This document shows, in pieces, positions 1-8,131 of a stretch of 32,204 bases of DNA. Positions within the stretch are counted from its first letter, which is position 1; every line of letters starts with the position of its first letter. The position numbers and the translations under genes are program-made. Source of the stretch: an uncultured Gammaproteobacteria bacterium (GTDB lineage: Bacteria > Patescibacteriota > Microgenomatia > UBA12405); contig CAYWRN010000011.1 of NCBI GenBank assembly GCA_964461095.1, positions 1-32,204 on the forward strand, written 5' to 3'. The notes under the pieces were generated by a model. That model ran no database searches, was not told the DNA's origin, and saw only the letters and a list, made by a program, of their open reading frames with translations.

Positions 1-54
1 GCTGCACGTGAGGCTCATAATCTCACAGGCTGGGTTCAACTCCCAGCCCCGCAA
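1..54 (+). tRNA. tRNA-Met (anticodon CAT), 3' portion only; 5' end lies outside the window
   Basis: Anticodon arm TGAGG/CTCATAA/TCTCA with CAT at 16-18. T-arm CTGGG-TTCAACT-CCCAG (30-46). 3' acceptor strand CCCCGCA plus discriminator A (47-54), the same 3' acceptor as E. coli initiator tRNA. CCA not encoded. Confidence 0.7.
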
Positions 55-134
55 CACTTCGTGCTTTGCACTCAGTGTAAACCAGTTTATACGTAAGGTA
101 TGATGTTTAACATTGGGTGTGAACATAACAATTT

Positions 135-383
135 ATGTATTGGTCAATGTGGTATTTGTATATTCTTTTATGTGATAAGAAAGTTTTTTATACAGGCATT
201 ACTAATAACCTTAAAAGGAGAGTTTGGGAGCATAAGAATAAAAAATCATTTTATACTAGAAGGTTTAATGAGATTAACCTGGTTTATTATGAGCAACATA
301 TTGATCAAGTAGAAGCGGCCAAAAGAGAAAGAGAAATTAAGGGATGGAGTAGGCAAAAGAAAACTAAGCTGATATATAGCTAA
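135..383 (+). CDS. GIY-YIG nuclease family protein (UPF0213/YhbQ-like, catalytic domain only)
   Basis: WYLYILLCDKKVFYTGITNNLKRRVWEH matches the GIY...YIG / RR..EH motif layout. Lies between tRNA genes. Start could be the internal ATG at 147. Confidence 0.8.
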   Translation: MYWSMWYLYILLCDKKVFYTGITNNLKRRVWEHKNKKSFYTRRFNEINLVYYEQHIDQVEAAKREREIKGWSRQKKTKLIYS

Positions 384-389
384 TTTTAG

Positions 390-463
390 TGGGTGCACCA
401 GGATTCGAACCTGGGACCACCGACTTATAAGATCGGTGCTCTAACCAGCTGAGCTATGCACCC
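390..463 (-). tRNA. tRNA-Ile with UAU anticodon
   Basis: Reverse complement folds as a 74-nt cloverleaf: GGGTGCA-TA-GCTC-AGCTGGTTA-GAGC-A-CCGAT-CTTATAA-GTCGG-TGGTC-CCAGG-TTCGAAT-CCTGG-TGCACCC-A. The anticodon loop CU-UAU-AA gives UAU. CCA not encoded. Confidence 0.85.
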
Positions 464-464
464 T

Positions 465-541
465 TGGTAGCAGGGGCGGGGGTCGAACCCGCGACCTTAG
501 CGTTATGAATGCTACGCTCTAACCAGCTGAGCTACCCTGCC
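465..541 (-). tRNA. tRNA with CAU anticodon (elongator Met, or Ile2 if lysidine-modified)
   Basis: Reverse complement: GGCAGGG-TA-GCTC-AGCTGGTTA-GAGC-G-TAGCA-TTCATAA-CGCTA-AGGTC-GCGGG-TTCGACC-CCCGC-CCCTGCT-A-CCA (77 nt). G1.U72 wobble; CCA encoded. Confidence 0.85.
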
Positions 542-565
542 AAGATAGTCAAATTATATCAAAAT

Positions 566-1273
566 TTATTTGACATATTCAGTGTCCGGTAGAGTACCAA
601 CAACTTTAAGAGTGCCATCTTGGGGCGTTAAAGTATCAAAGCTGATTGAGGGTTCTATTAATACCTTGTCCTGAATAAACTCAACCAACCTAACGGTATT
701 AGGAGCGACGATACTTTGGGGAATCGTAAGAGCCCCCAATTTGGCTTTATTAATAGTCAGGCTGACTTGGTTTTGGTTAATATTGCCGATCAGATCCAGA
801 TAAAAAGCCGGGTTGCCAGTTAGAGGGATATGAGATTTAATTTGACTGATTTCATCCTGAGTTAAACCGCCAATAGTTTCAAAGTAACCAATTAGTTTTT
901 TGATATCAACATTACCGGAAATTTCGGCTTGACCATTGGTACCAAGCTTAACCTGGAGATTGGTAAAGGGATAGTGTTTCCAGGTACGATCGTTGAGCCA
1001 AACAGTCAGTTCTTCTGAAGTTAGATTTTCTTTGATTTTATGAACTTCGTCGGAATAAAAATATTCTTTTCTGAGACTTGGGTCAATTTGGATTCGTTTT
1101 ATATAGATCTTGTCATCGGCATTAGTTAAATCCTGGGCAGTAGGATAGATGCCTAGATCTACAGGATCGTTGGCCCCCATGGCTTGGGATAAGGCCGGAA
1201 CTGATCCTAAAAGAGACAGAACAGTAACGGGAATGATTGATAAGAGAACAAAGAAAAATATTATTTTTTTCAT
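566..1273 (-). CDS. hypothetical secreted/membrane-anchored protein
   Basis: Long ORF with an N-terminal signal/anchor (MKKIIFFFVLLSIIPVTVLSLLG...ALSQA). No recognisable catalytic motif. Confidence 0.6.
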   Translation of the reverse strand: MKKIIFFFVLLSIIPVTVLSLLGSVPALSQAMGANDPVDLGIYPTAQDLTNADDKIYIKRIQIDPSLRKEYFYSDEVHKIKENLTSEELTVWLNDRTWKHYPFTNLQVKLGTNGQAEISGNVDIKKLIGYFETIGGLTQDEISQIKSHIPLTGNPAFYLDLIGNINQNQVSLTINKAKLGALTIPQSIVAPNTVRLVEFIQDKVLIEPSISFDTLTPQDGTLKVVGTLPDTEYVK

Positions 1274-1303
1274 AATTGATTAAATTACTATATATTTATT
1301 ATA

Positions 1304-1960
1304 GTGAATTTAAAAAAAATTGGGCGATGGTTGACGGTAGTATCAGTGAGTATAGCTATGGGAGTCTTGTGGTATCCATGGTTGGCCTTAAAACAAGACA
1401 AAGTAAATTTAGCTGTAAAAAGTGATTTTAATCAAAATCAAAATGAGGCAATTTTTAGAAATAAACAGGTAAGTGTACCTATTGAAAAAATCGGAGAAAA
1501 CTTGGGCAAAACTATTTTGGGAGATACACAAGTAAAAGCAAATAAAAGGATTGAAATTGATTTAGATAGACAAAGGTTGTACGGCTATGAAGATGGTGTC
1601 AAGGTAATAGACTTTCTAATATCTAGCGGGACATGGAACAGAACACCAACAGGGACATTTAAAATATGGGCAAAAATAAAATCACAAAAAATGAGTGGCG
1701 GATCAAAAGAACTGGGGACATATTATTATCTACCTAATGTACCGAATATTATGTTTTTTTATAATGAGGATGTGCCTAAACAAATGGGCTATAGTATTCA
1801 TGGGGCATATTGGCATAATAGCTTTGGTAGGCCAATGTCACATGGCTGTATCAATGTAGGGATTGAAGATTCAAAAAATGTGTTTGAGTGGGCCGAGATG
1901 GATACGCCAATTGAAATTTATGGCAAAATGCCAATAGTAGCTTTGCCGTGGGCAAACTAA
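1304..1960 (+). CDS. L,D-transpeptidase (YkuD domain)
   Basis: GTG start, N-terminal TM anchor. Catalytic motif HGAYWHNSFGRPMSHGCINV (His...Ser-His-Gly-Cys). Confidence 0.85.
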   Translation: MNLKKIGRWLTVVSVSIAMGVLWYPWLALKQDKVNLAVKSDFNQNQNEAIFRNKQVSVPIEKIGENLGKTILGDTQVKANKRIEIDLDRQRLYGYEDGVKVIDFLISSGTWNRTPTGTFKIWAKIKSQKMSGGSKELGTYYYLPNVPNIMFFYNEDVPKQMGYSIHGAYWHNSFGRPMSHGCINVGIEDSKNVFEWAEMDTPIEIYGKMPIVALPWAN

Positions 1961-1966
1961 TAACTA

Positions 1967-1994
1967 GATTTATGATTTAGGATGTAAGATATAG
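1967..1994 (+). repeat. tandem heptanucleotide array (GATTTAT GATTTAG GATGTAA GATATAG)
   Basis: Four consecutive 7-nt units beginning 7 nt after the TAA stop of the L,D-transpeptidase gene. Same family as the arrays at 13780, 24022, 20105 (inverted) and 11320. Confidence 0.7.
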
Positions 1995-2004
1995 GAAAAC
2001 TTGA

Positions 2005-2271
2005 TTAGTAAACTTGATTGTGCGAGCCAATGTCATAAAAAACAACTGTATTTATATTTAGTTGAAAATAAACTACTCGAATATCTCCAGTGATAGAAAA
2101 AGACAAATAATCGTGCAACGACCCTGTTAACTTGTGATTCTTTAAGATTATATTTTGGGGATTTTTGGTAAATAAAGATAGTCTCTGTTTAAATTTCTTT
2201 TCTAAACTCTTATTACCTTTGATCCGTTTTTGGTAAGATTTTTTGAAATGAGAATGAAACTTGACAATCAT
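2005..2271 (-). CDS. type II toxin, RelE/YafQ (ParE-RelE superfamily)
   Basis: 88 aa. KSYQKR..., HKLTGSLHDYLSFSITGDIRVVY...IGSHNQVY is the typical RelE/YafQ layout. 4-nt overlap (ATGA) with the upstream small gene. Confidence 0.75.
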   Translation of the reverse strand: MIVKFHSHFKKSYQKRIKGNKSLEKKFKQRLSLFTKNPQNIILKNHKLTGSLHDYLSFSITGDIRVVYFQLNINTVVFYDIGSHNQVY

Positions 2272-2555
2272 TTGTTTAGATAATCGATCATATCATCAAC
2301 TTTTGCAAATGACTTGGTGACGTTTTTCCCAGCTACAACATCTTTGGTTAATTTGTTGTATCTGCTTAATGCTTTATGTGATAGTTGGTAAGATGGGTTG
2401 ATTAGGGACGGGACAAGTGTTTGACTTTTAATTTGGTGGAGGGTGAACCTAACCAGATCTTGAAGAGACGAAAAGCCCATGTTTTTGGCAATAACACTGA
2501 TTTCGTCCCGAAAGGATTTGTCAATAGGAACTTGAAGTATGGTAGATGTATTCAT
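2268..2555 (-). CDS. putative antitoxin of the RelE-like toxin
   Basis: 95-aa gene immediately upstream of the toxin and translationally coupled to it. N-terminal beta-strand/helix pattern (TILQVPIDKSFRDEISVIAKNMGFSSLQDLVRF) resembles ribbon-helix-helix/RelB-like antitoxins. Confidence 0.6.
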   Translation of the reverse strand: MNTSTILQVPIDKSFRDEISVIAKNMGFSSLQDLVRFTLHQIKSQTLVPSLINPSYQLSHKALSRYNKLTKDVVAGKNVTKSFAKVDDMIDYLNK

Positions 2556-2591
2556 ATATTATAATTATAATGGTTTTATAATACATGTCAA
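2556..2591 (-). promoter_or_regulatory. sigma70-type promoter of the antitoxin-toxin operon
   Basis: Minus strand reads TTGACA-N16-TATAAT-TATAATAT-ATG. Tandem TATAAT boxes form the palindrome ATTATAATTATAAT, a possible antitoxin operator. Leader is at most about 2 nt. Confidence 0.55.
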
Positions 2592-2596
2592 GAGAT

Positions 2597-3604
2597 TTAG
2601 ATTAGTTGGTTGACAGCAAGTTTGGATTTGACTTGTTTTAGAGTGCTAGAAACGACTTGTTGAGCTTTTTTGGTACCTTCGACCAGAATTTCTTTGGCCA
2701 GTTTGGGTCTGTCCTCGTAATATTTACGCTTATCTCTAATAGGAGCTAAAAAGTTATTTAGAGCAATAAAAAGTTTGTCTTTGACTTCCCTATCGCCTAC
2801 TTGGCCATTTTTGTACCTAGTTTCCAGATCTTTAACCTCATCAATGTTGGGGTTGAAGGCCCGGTGATAGTCAAAAACGGGATTGCCGTCAACACGGCCG
2901 GGGTCAGTGGCATGAATACGGGATGGATCAGTGTAACAGGCGTTAATTTTTTGCTTTAAAGTGGCTTCGTCGTCTGATAACAAAATGGCATTGTGGCCGG
3001 ATTTGCTCATTTTGTTGACTCCATCGGTACCTATAAGACGGGGAACACGACCGACCATGGCCTTGGGGACAACAAAAGTATCGCCAAAAGCACGGTTGAA
3101 ATCACGGGCGATTTCTCTAGTTTGCTCAATAACGGGTAACTGGTCTTCTCCAACCGGGACAAGATTGGCATTGAAACCTAAAATATCGGCAGCCTGAAGG
3201 ATTGGATAACAAATAAAACCCATAGACGGGTCAAACTTTTTATACTTGATTTCATCTTTGACTGAGGGATTTCTGACTGCCCTGGCATGAGTAACCATAG
3301 TTAGAAAATAAGAATAGAGCTCTAAAGTTTCGGGAATGCCTGACTCAAGATAAATAGTAGAAACCTTGGGATCGATACCAACTGCCAGATTATCTAAAAA
3401 AACCTGGTAAACATTTTGATTGATAATATCGCCCGACTTGTAATCGTTGGCGTAAGCATGGACATTGGCTAGTAAAATATAAGTATCGTACTGGTGTTGA
3501 AGTTTGACACGGTTTTCCAGCGTCCCTACATAATGACCTAAATGAAGCCGGCCACTAGGGGTGTCACCGGTAAGAATACGGGGTTTAGTATTTTTAGTAG
3601 TCAT
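2597..3604 (-). CDS. trpS: tryptophan--tRNA ligase
   Basis: Class I motifs TGDTPSGRLHLGHYVG (HIGH) and KMSKS. 335 aa, typical TrpRS length. Confidence 0.95.
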   Translation of the reverse strand: MTTKNTKPRILTGDTPSGRLHLGHYVGTLENRVKLQHQYDTYILLANVHAYANDYKSGDIINQNVYQVFLDNLAVGIDPKVSTIYLESGIPETLELYSYFLTMVTHARAVRNPSVKDEIKYKKFDPSMGFICYPILQAADILGFNANLVPVGEDQLPVIEQTREIARDFNRAFGDTFVVPKAMVGRVPRLIGTDGVNKMSKSGHNAILLSDDEATLKQKINACYTDPSRIHATDPGRVDGNPVFDYHRAFNPNIDEVKDLETRYKNGQVGDREVKDKLFIALNNFLAPIRDKRKYYEDRPKLAKEILVEGTKKAQQVVSSTLKQVKSKLAVNQLI

Positions 3605-3796
3605 AAAATTAATTAAATTTTAACATTGTAATTTGGGATAAGGACAAAAAAATATCCCTAAGCGGGACATTGAAAATTAATGACGTGTGTTAATCTCCCG
3701 CTTGAGGCTTATGCAAATTGCCAAAAACAAGAGATTAAAATAGTCATTTGGAGAGAGTATAACATGGTTGATATAAAATATATGGTAGTATAGGTT

Positions 3797-4132
3797 ATGA
3801 ATATAAATTTCCCAGACGATATATTATCTAAAAACAATACTGAATTGAAGCATATGATTTTGAAGGTAGGTCCAAAAGTGTTTGCTAGCTGGCTTGTCGA
3901 ATATTTAACTAGTAATGAATTTAAAAGAGAAAAAAATGATCTGGATATAACTACTCTAGAAAAAATTGCTTCTGTTATTGAAATTACCATAGCTTTATCT
4001 GATCTAAAAAGAGAGTTCTCTCCTAATCCAAGTAAACCGAATCCTGTAATCAAGCAGGATGTTGTTGATAGTTTTTTGTCAACTTATGAAAAGAGATTAG
4101 AAGAAAATAAACTAGGTGGCAATAGTAACTAA
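3797..4132 (+). CDS. hypothetical small protein (possible antitoxin partner of the downstream PIN-like gene)
   Basis: Charged helical 111-aa ORF. TGGTAGTAT box ends 5 nt before the ATG. 17-nt overlap with the next gene. Confidence 0.5.
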   Translation: MNINFPDDILSKNNTELKHMILKVGPKVFASWLVEYLTSNEFKREKNDLDITTLEKIASVIEITIALSDLKREFSPNPSKPNPVIKQDVVDSFLSTYEKRLEENKLGGNSN

Positions 4133-4640
4133 TTTTATAAACTGGTCTAATATATTAGAAAATAAATGGTTGATATTAGATTCGTGTGTTATTATTAATA
4201 TTTTTAAGTATAGATCTGAAGAGTTAATAGAAAAATTTAATAAAAAGAATGTGACTTTGTGTACAATACATCCGGTAGTGCTACAAGCCCTTAACACAGA
4301 TAATAAAGTAGAAAGAATTAGAATAAGAAGTTTTATACATAGCTATGTGACAATTCTACCTATGAATAACTTGCTCAAGAATGCCGAAGAAATGCAAGAA
4401 AATTTTATTTCTAGTGGTTGCAGACCGGATGCTATCGATTTTTATTTAGCGTCTGCAATTAGTACATATTCTAATGGAAAAACATTTTTAGCGACATCTA
4501 ACTTAAGTCATTTTCAAAAAAATTTTTTTGACAGAGTCGGCTATATTTTACTAGAAAATGATTCGTCGATTAATACTATTGCCTTGTTGGCGTATCGCAA
4601 TAATGAAACAAACGGTAATGATGAGGATATGCCTTTTTAA
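4116..4640 (+). CDS. PIN-like domain protein (degenerate VapC-like); start uncertain
   Basis: LILDSCVIINIF (first acidic residue), central E, DAIDFYLASA, then LATSNLSHF where PIN proteins usually have T.D..F. GTG start at 4116; a TTG at 4170 is also possible. Confidence 0.45.
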   Translation: MAIVTNFINWSNILENKWLILDSCVIINIFKYRSEELIEKFNKKNVTLCTIHPVVLQALNTDNKVERIRIRSFIHSYVTILPMNNLLKNAEEMQENFISSGCRPDAIDFYLASAISTYSNGKTFLATSNLSHFQKNFFDRVGYILLENDSSINTIALLAYRNNETNGNDEDMPF

Positions 4641-4693
4641 AATATGTGGTAGAATAGCAAGTTAAAAATTTACAAGCGTAACTGCTTTTAAAT

Positions 4694-5359
4694 ATGAATA
4701 AAACAAAAAGACATTTAATTGAAGCCAGTGTTAGAGAAGTTTTTGGCAGAAAGGTTAAAAGATTAAGGGCAGAAGGAATACTACCAGCCAGTGTTTACGG
4801 AAAAGACTTTAAATCTATATCGGTTCAAATGGATGGCAAAATGGCAAATGTGGCTTTCAACGAATTGGGCGAGTCAGGTTTGTTTGATCTAAAGGTGGTA
4901 TTTTTCAAAAATCCCCAATATCACCCGGTAACGGGAGAAATATTGCATATTGATCTGTATAAAGTAAATCTAAAAGAAAAAACAACTGTGGATGTACCAG
5001 TAGAGCTTATTGGCGAATCGCAATCAGTGAAGATGGGTAATGTATTAATGCATATTGTAGATAGTGTTGAAGTAGAAGCCCTACCAACTGATTTACCAGA
5101 AAAATTTGAGCTAGATATCGGCAAATTAATGACACTAGAAGATATGATAACAGTAGCTGATATTGCCTACGATAAGACAAAAATGACAATTGTAACCGAT
5201 GCTGATCAGGTGATTGCCAAGACCGAAGAACCTAAAGAAGAAGAGATTGTAGTAGCTGAAGCACCTCCTGAAGTAGAGGGAGAGATTAAGGCAGAGGAAA
5301 CTGAAGAAGGTAAAACTGAAGAGAAACCCAGCGAAGAGAAAGAAGAAAAATCAGAATAA
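4694..5359 (+). CDS. rplY: 50S ribosomal protein bL25 (Ctc form) with acidic C-terminal tail
   Basis: RKVKRLRAEGILPASVYGK... and YHPVTGEILHIDLYKV are bL25/Ctc signatures. Glu/Lys-rich tail. Confidence 0.85.
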   Translation: MNKTKRHLIEASVREVFGRKVKRLRAEGILPASVYGKDFKSISVQMDGKMANVAFNELGESGLFDLKVVFFKNPQYHPVTGEILHIDLYKVNLKEKTTVDVPVELIGESQSVKMGNVLMHIVDSVEVEALPTDLPEKFELDIGKLMTLEDMITVADIAYDKTKMTIVTDADQVIAKTEEPKEEEIVVAEAPPEVEGEIKAEETEEGKTEEKPSEEKEEKSE

Positions 5360-5782
5360 CTGGTGAAAAAGACGGTCTATGTCGGATCTGACCGGGTCTT
5401 GTTTTTGGGCTTTTTCGAGATATAACTTGGAACTATCTTGGTCACCTATGGTGTGGTAAAGAAGACTAACTTCTATAAGATCATCTGTGGAAAGAGTGGT
5501 CCTTTTTAATAAATTCGATATAGCTTGGGTAATATATTTAGGATGGTATTTTTGGGCAAGATAGGCAATATCCTGAGGATCAATTTGTTTGGCTAGTTCA
5601 TCGGCCCTGGTGAAATTTTGATCGATGACCAAATGGTGCCACTTAGCTAATTTCTGCTGGTACTGGTCACCAATTGATAAAGGGTAGTAACTAGTAATTA
5701 GTAACGAGAGACAAGTAACGAGGAGAGAGAGGAAACTAGGTACTAGAAACTGTCGGCCAAGACGAGGCGGCAATAAGGTCAT
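5351..5782 (-). CDS. hypothetical membrane-anchored protein
   Basis: N-terminal TM helix (FLVPSFLSLLVTCLSLLITSY) then a helical repeat-like region. Overlaps the valS 3' end by 47 nt and the rplY 3' end by 9 nt. Confidence 0.5.
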   Translation of the reverse strand: MTLLPPRLGRQFLVPSFLSLLVTCLSLLITSYYPLSIGDQYQQKLAKWHHLVIDQNFTRADELAKQIDPQDIAYLAQKYHPKYITQAISNLLKRTTLSTDDLIEVSLLYHTIGDQDSSKLYLEKAQKQDPVRSDIDRLFHQLF

Positions 5783-7682
5783 CGGTTAATTTTAGCTTAT
5801 TTCTTAGCTCCTGGTAAATAGACTCAGTAGCGAATGGTATAAAGGGATGCATAAGCTTAAGACAGGTTAAGAGGATGTGGTAGAGAACGGGGACGACCTC
5901 AACTCCTCTATCTTTAGTGGATTCGATATAAACATCACAAAAATAGTGCCAAAAATAGGCATAAAGCTCTTCAGTGGCTTGACCAAAACGATAGGAATTG
6001 ATTTTCTTGGTGACGGAAACAATTAATTCATTTAGTTTTTTTAGAGCCTCTTGATCTGTCTTAATTAGCTTTGATTGATCAATTTTGGTCAGGTTTAAAT
6101 TGGGATTAGTCTCCAGGAAACGATCGGAAATGATAGTAACAAAACGGCTGGCGTTCCAAATTTTGTTGACAAAATTACGCATGGATTCGATTTTTTTGTC
6201 AGACAAGGCAATATCACTGGCCGGAGCAACACCATAAACCAGAGCAAAACGAAGAGGATCGGCACCATATTTTTCGACGATAGTAGAAGGATTGATAACA
6301 TTGCCTTTGCTCTTGGACATTTTTTGACCTTGTTCGTCGGTAACTTTGGCATGAAGATGAACAGTTTTAAAAGGCGTATCGCCAGCTAGATAGTATCCCA
6401 TGATCTGCATCCGGCCGACCCAAAAAAAGAGGATATCCGACAGAGTATCCATAACAGAAGTGGGGTAAAAATGGCTAAAATCTGGATGAGATTTAGCAGG
6501 ATCTTCGACGTTGAAACCGAGGGTGGTCAGGGGCCATTGGCTAGATAAAAACCAGGTATCAAAAGTATCGGTTTCCTGCAAGATATGAGACCCGCCACAC
6601 TTGGGACAGGCTTTGGGGGCGTCAACATAATAAGTGGCGTCGATAGGGGCATTTAGGGACTGAAGACCAGAAACAATTTGGCTAAAGTCGTATAAATTTT
6701 TTAGGGATTTATAAGAACCGGAAATAAATTTTTTATCTTTGTCCAGGAAATTTAGTTGAATGTCGGGGTGACAATCAAGACAGTACCAAGCCGGAATCCG
6801 GGGACCCCAGACATTTTGACGGCTGATGTTCCAATCTCTAATGTTTTCCATCCAATCAAGATAAACTTTTTTGAAGCGAGTGGGAAAAAGTTTGGTATGG
6901 CCGTCTTTAACGGATTTGATGACAGGTTTGGCAAGAGGGGTGGTTTTGACATACCACTGAGGCATCGGCAGTGGTTCGATTAGATTTTGACAACGGTAAC
7001 AAACAGAAACAGTGTGCTCAAGAGGCTCAATTTTGATAAGTTTACCAGCCTTTTTGAGAAGCTCAACAGTTTGGGTACGAGCCTGTTTGGGAAAAAGACC
7101 ATCAATTTTGGGAATAGTGTTGACCATATGGCCATCGGGCTGAATACAAGAAACTAAACTAAGACCATGTCGCTTACCGATTTCAAAATCAGTGGCATCG
7201 TGGGCCGGAGTAATTTTGAGGGCATCGGTACCAAAACCGATTTCTACCAAGTCGTCGGCAATAATAGGAATTTCCTTGTCAATTAAAGGAATTTTGGCCA
7301 TTTGACCAACTAAAGACTTATATTTTTTGTCTTTGGGGTTGACGGCAACAGCGACATCAACAAAGATGGTTTCGGGACGGGTGGTGGCGATTTGGATAGA
7401 ACCATAGTCCAGATAATAAAGAAAATCTGACCTGTTCTGGTGGTCAATTTCCAGATCAGAAAAAGCAGTACCACAGTGAGTACAATAATTAACGATCCGG
7501 TCATCACGGTACAAAAGACCGTCGTGGTGCATTTTTTTAAAGGTAGCCAAAACTTGCTTGACTATATCTGGCTCTAAACTATAGTGATAACGGCTCCAGT
7601 CGAGAGCAAAACCAAGCTGTTTTAATTGGAATTGATTGAGATGACGATTTTCTTCGACATAGTCCCAAATCATTTGGTACAA
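5736..7682 (-). CDS. valS: valine--tRNA ligase, C-terminal 649 codons (downstream of an in-frame TAA)
   Basis: CP1 editing, Zn-type CxxC...CxxC, KMSKS (KMSKSKGNVI) and anticodon-binding regions. The reading frame continues upstream to 7733 with ValRS-like sequence (KNLSKKGQSRFDFDRDTLYQMIWDY). The 'start' at 7682 is only a TTG in that frame. Confidence 0.9.
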   Translation of the reverse strand: MYQMIWDYVEENRHLNQFQLKQLGFALDWSRYHYSLEPDIVKQVLATFKKMHHDGLLYRDDRIVNYCTHCGTAFSDLEIDHQNRSDFLYYLDYGSIQIATTRPETIFVDVAVAVNPKDKKYKSLVGQMAKIPLIDKEIPIIADDLVEIGFGTDALKITPAHDATDFEIGKRHGLSLVSCIQPDGHMVNTIPKIDGLFPKQARTQTVELLKKAGKLIKIEPLEHTVSVCYRCQNLIEPLPMPQWYVKTTPLAKPVIKSVKDGHTKLFPTRFKKVYLDWMENIRDWNISRQNVWGPRIPAWYCLDCHPDIQLNFLDKDKKFISGSYKSLKNLYDFSQIVSGLQSLNAPIDATYYVDAPKACPKCGGSHILQETDTFDTWFLSSQWPLTTLGFNVEDPAKSHPDFSHFYPTSVMDTLSDILFFWVGRMQIMGYYLAGDTPFKTVHLHAKVTDEQGQKMSKSKGNVINPSTIVEKYGADPLRFALVYGVAPASDIALSDKKIESMRNFVNKIWNASRFVTIISDRFLETNPNLNLTKIDQSKLIKTDQEALKKLNELIVSVTKKINSYRFGQATEELYAYFWHYFCDVYIESTKDRGVEVVPVLYHILLTCLKLMHPFIPFATESIYQELRNKLKLTDDLIAASSWPTVSST

Positions 7683-7733
7683 AGTATCTCGATCAAAATC
7701 AAACCTAGATTGACCCTTTTTACTAAGGTTTTT

Positions 7734-8015
7734 TTAGAAAACAAACTGGGTTTCGATACCAGCATGATCGGCACCGGGAAGCCACATAACTTCTTCGCCC
7801 AACATTTTGTGAAATCTAATTAAAATATCCTGAATGACAAACATGGCGTGACCCATATGCATGGGATCATTGGCGTTGGGTAGGGGTAAAATAATGGAAA
7901 AAGGTTGGTCTTTAGACGATTTGGTGGACTTGGTGATAGCAGGACTGTAGATTTTACTATTTTCCCAAAGGGAGTAAATTTCGGCCTCAGATGCGGGATT
8001 ATAACGCTTGTCCAT
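7734..8015 (-). CDS. valS: valine--tRNA ligase, N-terminal 93 codons (ends at the in-frame TAA 7734-7736)
   Basis: PLPNANDPMHMGHA (HIGH-region equivalent) and WLPGADHAGIETQ. Same frame as 5736-7733. Confidence 0.9.
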   Translation of the reverse strand: MDKRYNPASEAEIYSLWENSKIYSPAITKSTKSSKDQPFSIILPLPNANDPMHMGHAMFVIQDILIRFHKMLGEEVMWLPGADHAGIETQFVF

Positions 8016-8030
8016 AGGGGTATTTTAGCA
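8016..8030 (-). promoter_or_regulatory. extended -10 promoter of valS (leaderless geometry)
   Basis: Minus strand reads TGC-TAAAAT-ACCCCT-ATG. A TTGTCA -35-like hexamer lies upstream. Confidence 0.5.
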
Positions 8031-8131
8031 TGAGATAGTTGACAATTTGTGACTGATAAAATCGATATGTACTAAAAGTGCTCTGGTTAATCATTGAATA
8101 TGTATGTATCTCTTTGTAAAATACGCTTATT

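Noticed and set aside
100-312. 70-codon ORF overlapping the GIY-YIG gene in another frame
   Set aside because: The 135-383 frame carries the GIY-YIG motifs. This frame has no motif and low-complexity sequence.
3605-3796. T-box or attenuator leader upstream of trpS
   Set aside because: No T-box consensus, specifier-loop or antiterminator arrangement was found. The best -10 boxes for trpS lie downstream of the hairpins, and the T-run is separated from the main stem by 7 nt.
3709-4297. Minus-strand ORFs 3709-4053 and 4112-4297
   Set aside because: They are antisense to better-supported plus-strand genes that have a promoter with correct geometry and charged, protein-like sequences. Their translations are Phe/Ile/Leu/Ser-rich, as expected for the antisense of AT-rich coding DNA.
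6095-7823. ORFs 6095-6352(-), 6752-6952(-), 6756-6983(+), 7310-7507(-) and 7626-7823(+) inside valS
   Set aside because: They are alternative-frame or antisense ORFs wholly within a strongly supported ValRS reading frame, with low-complexity hydrophobic translations.
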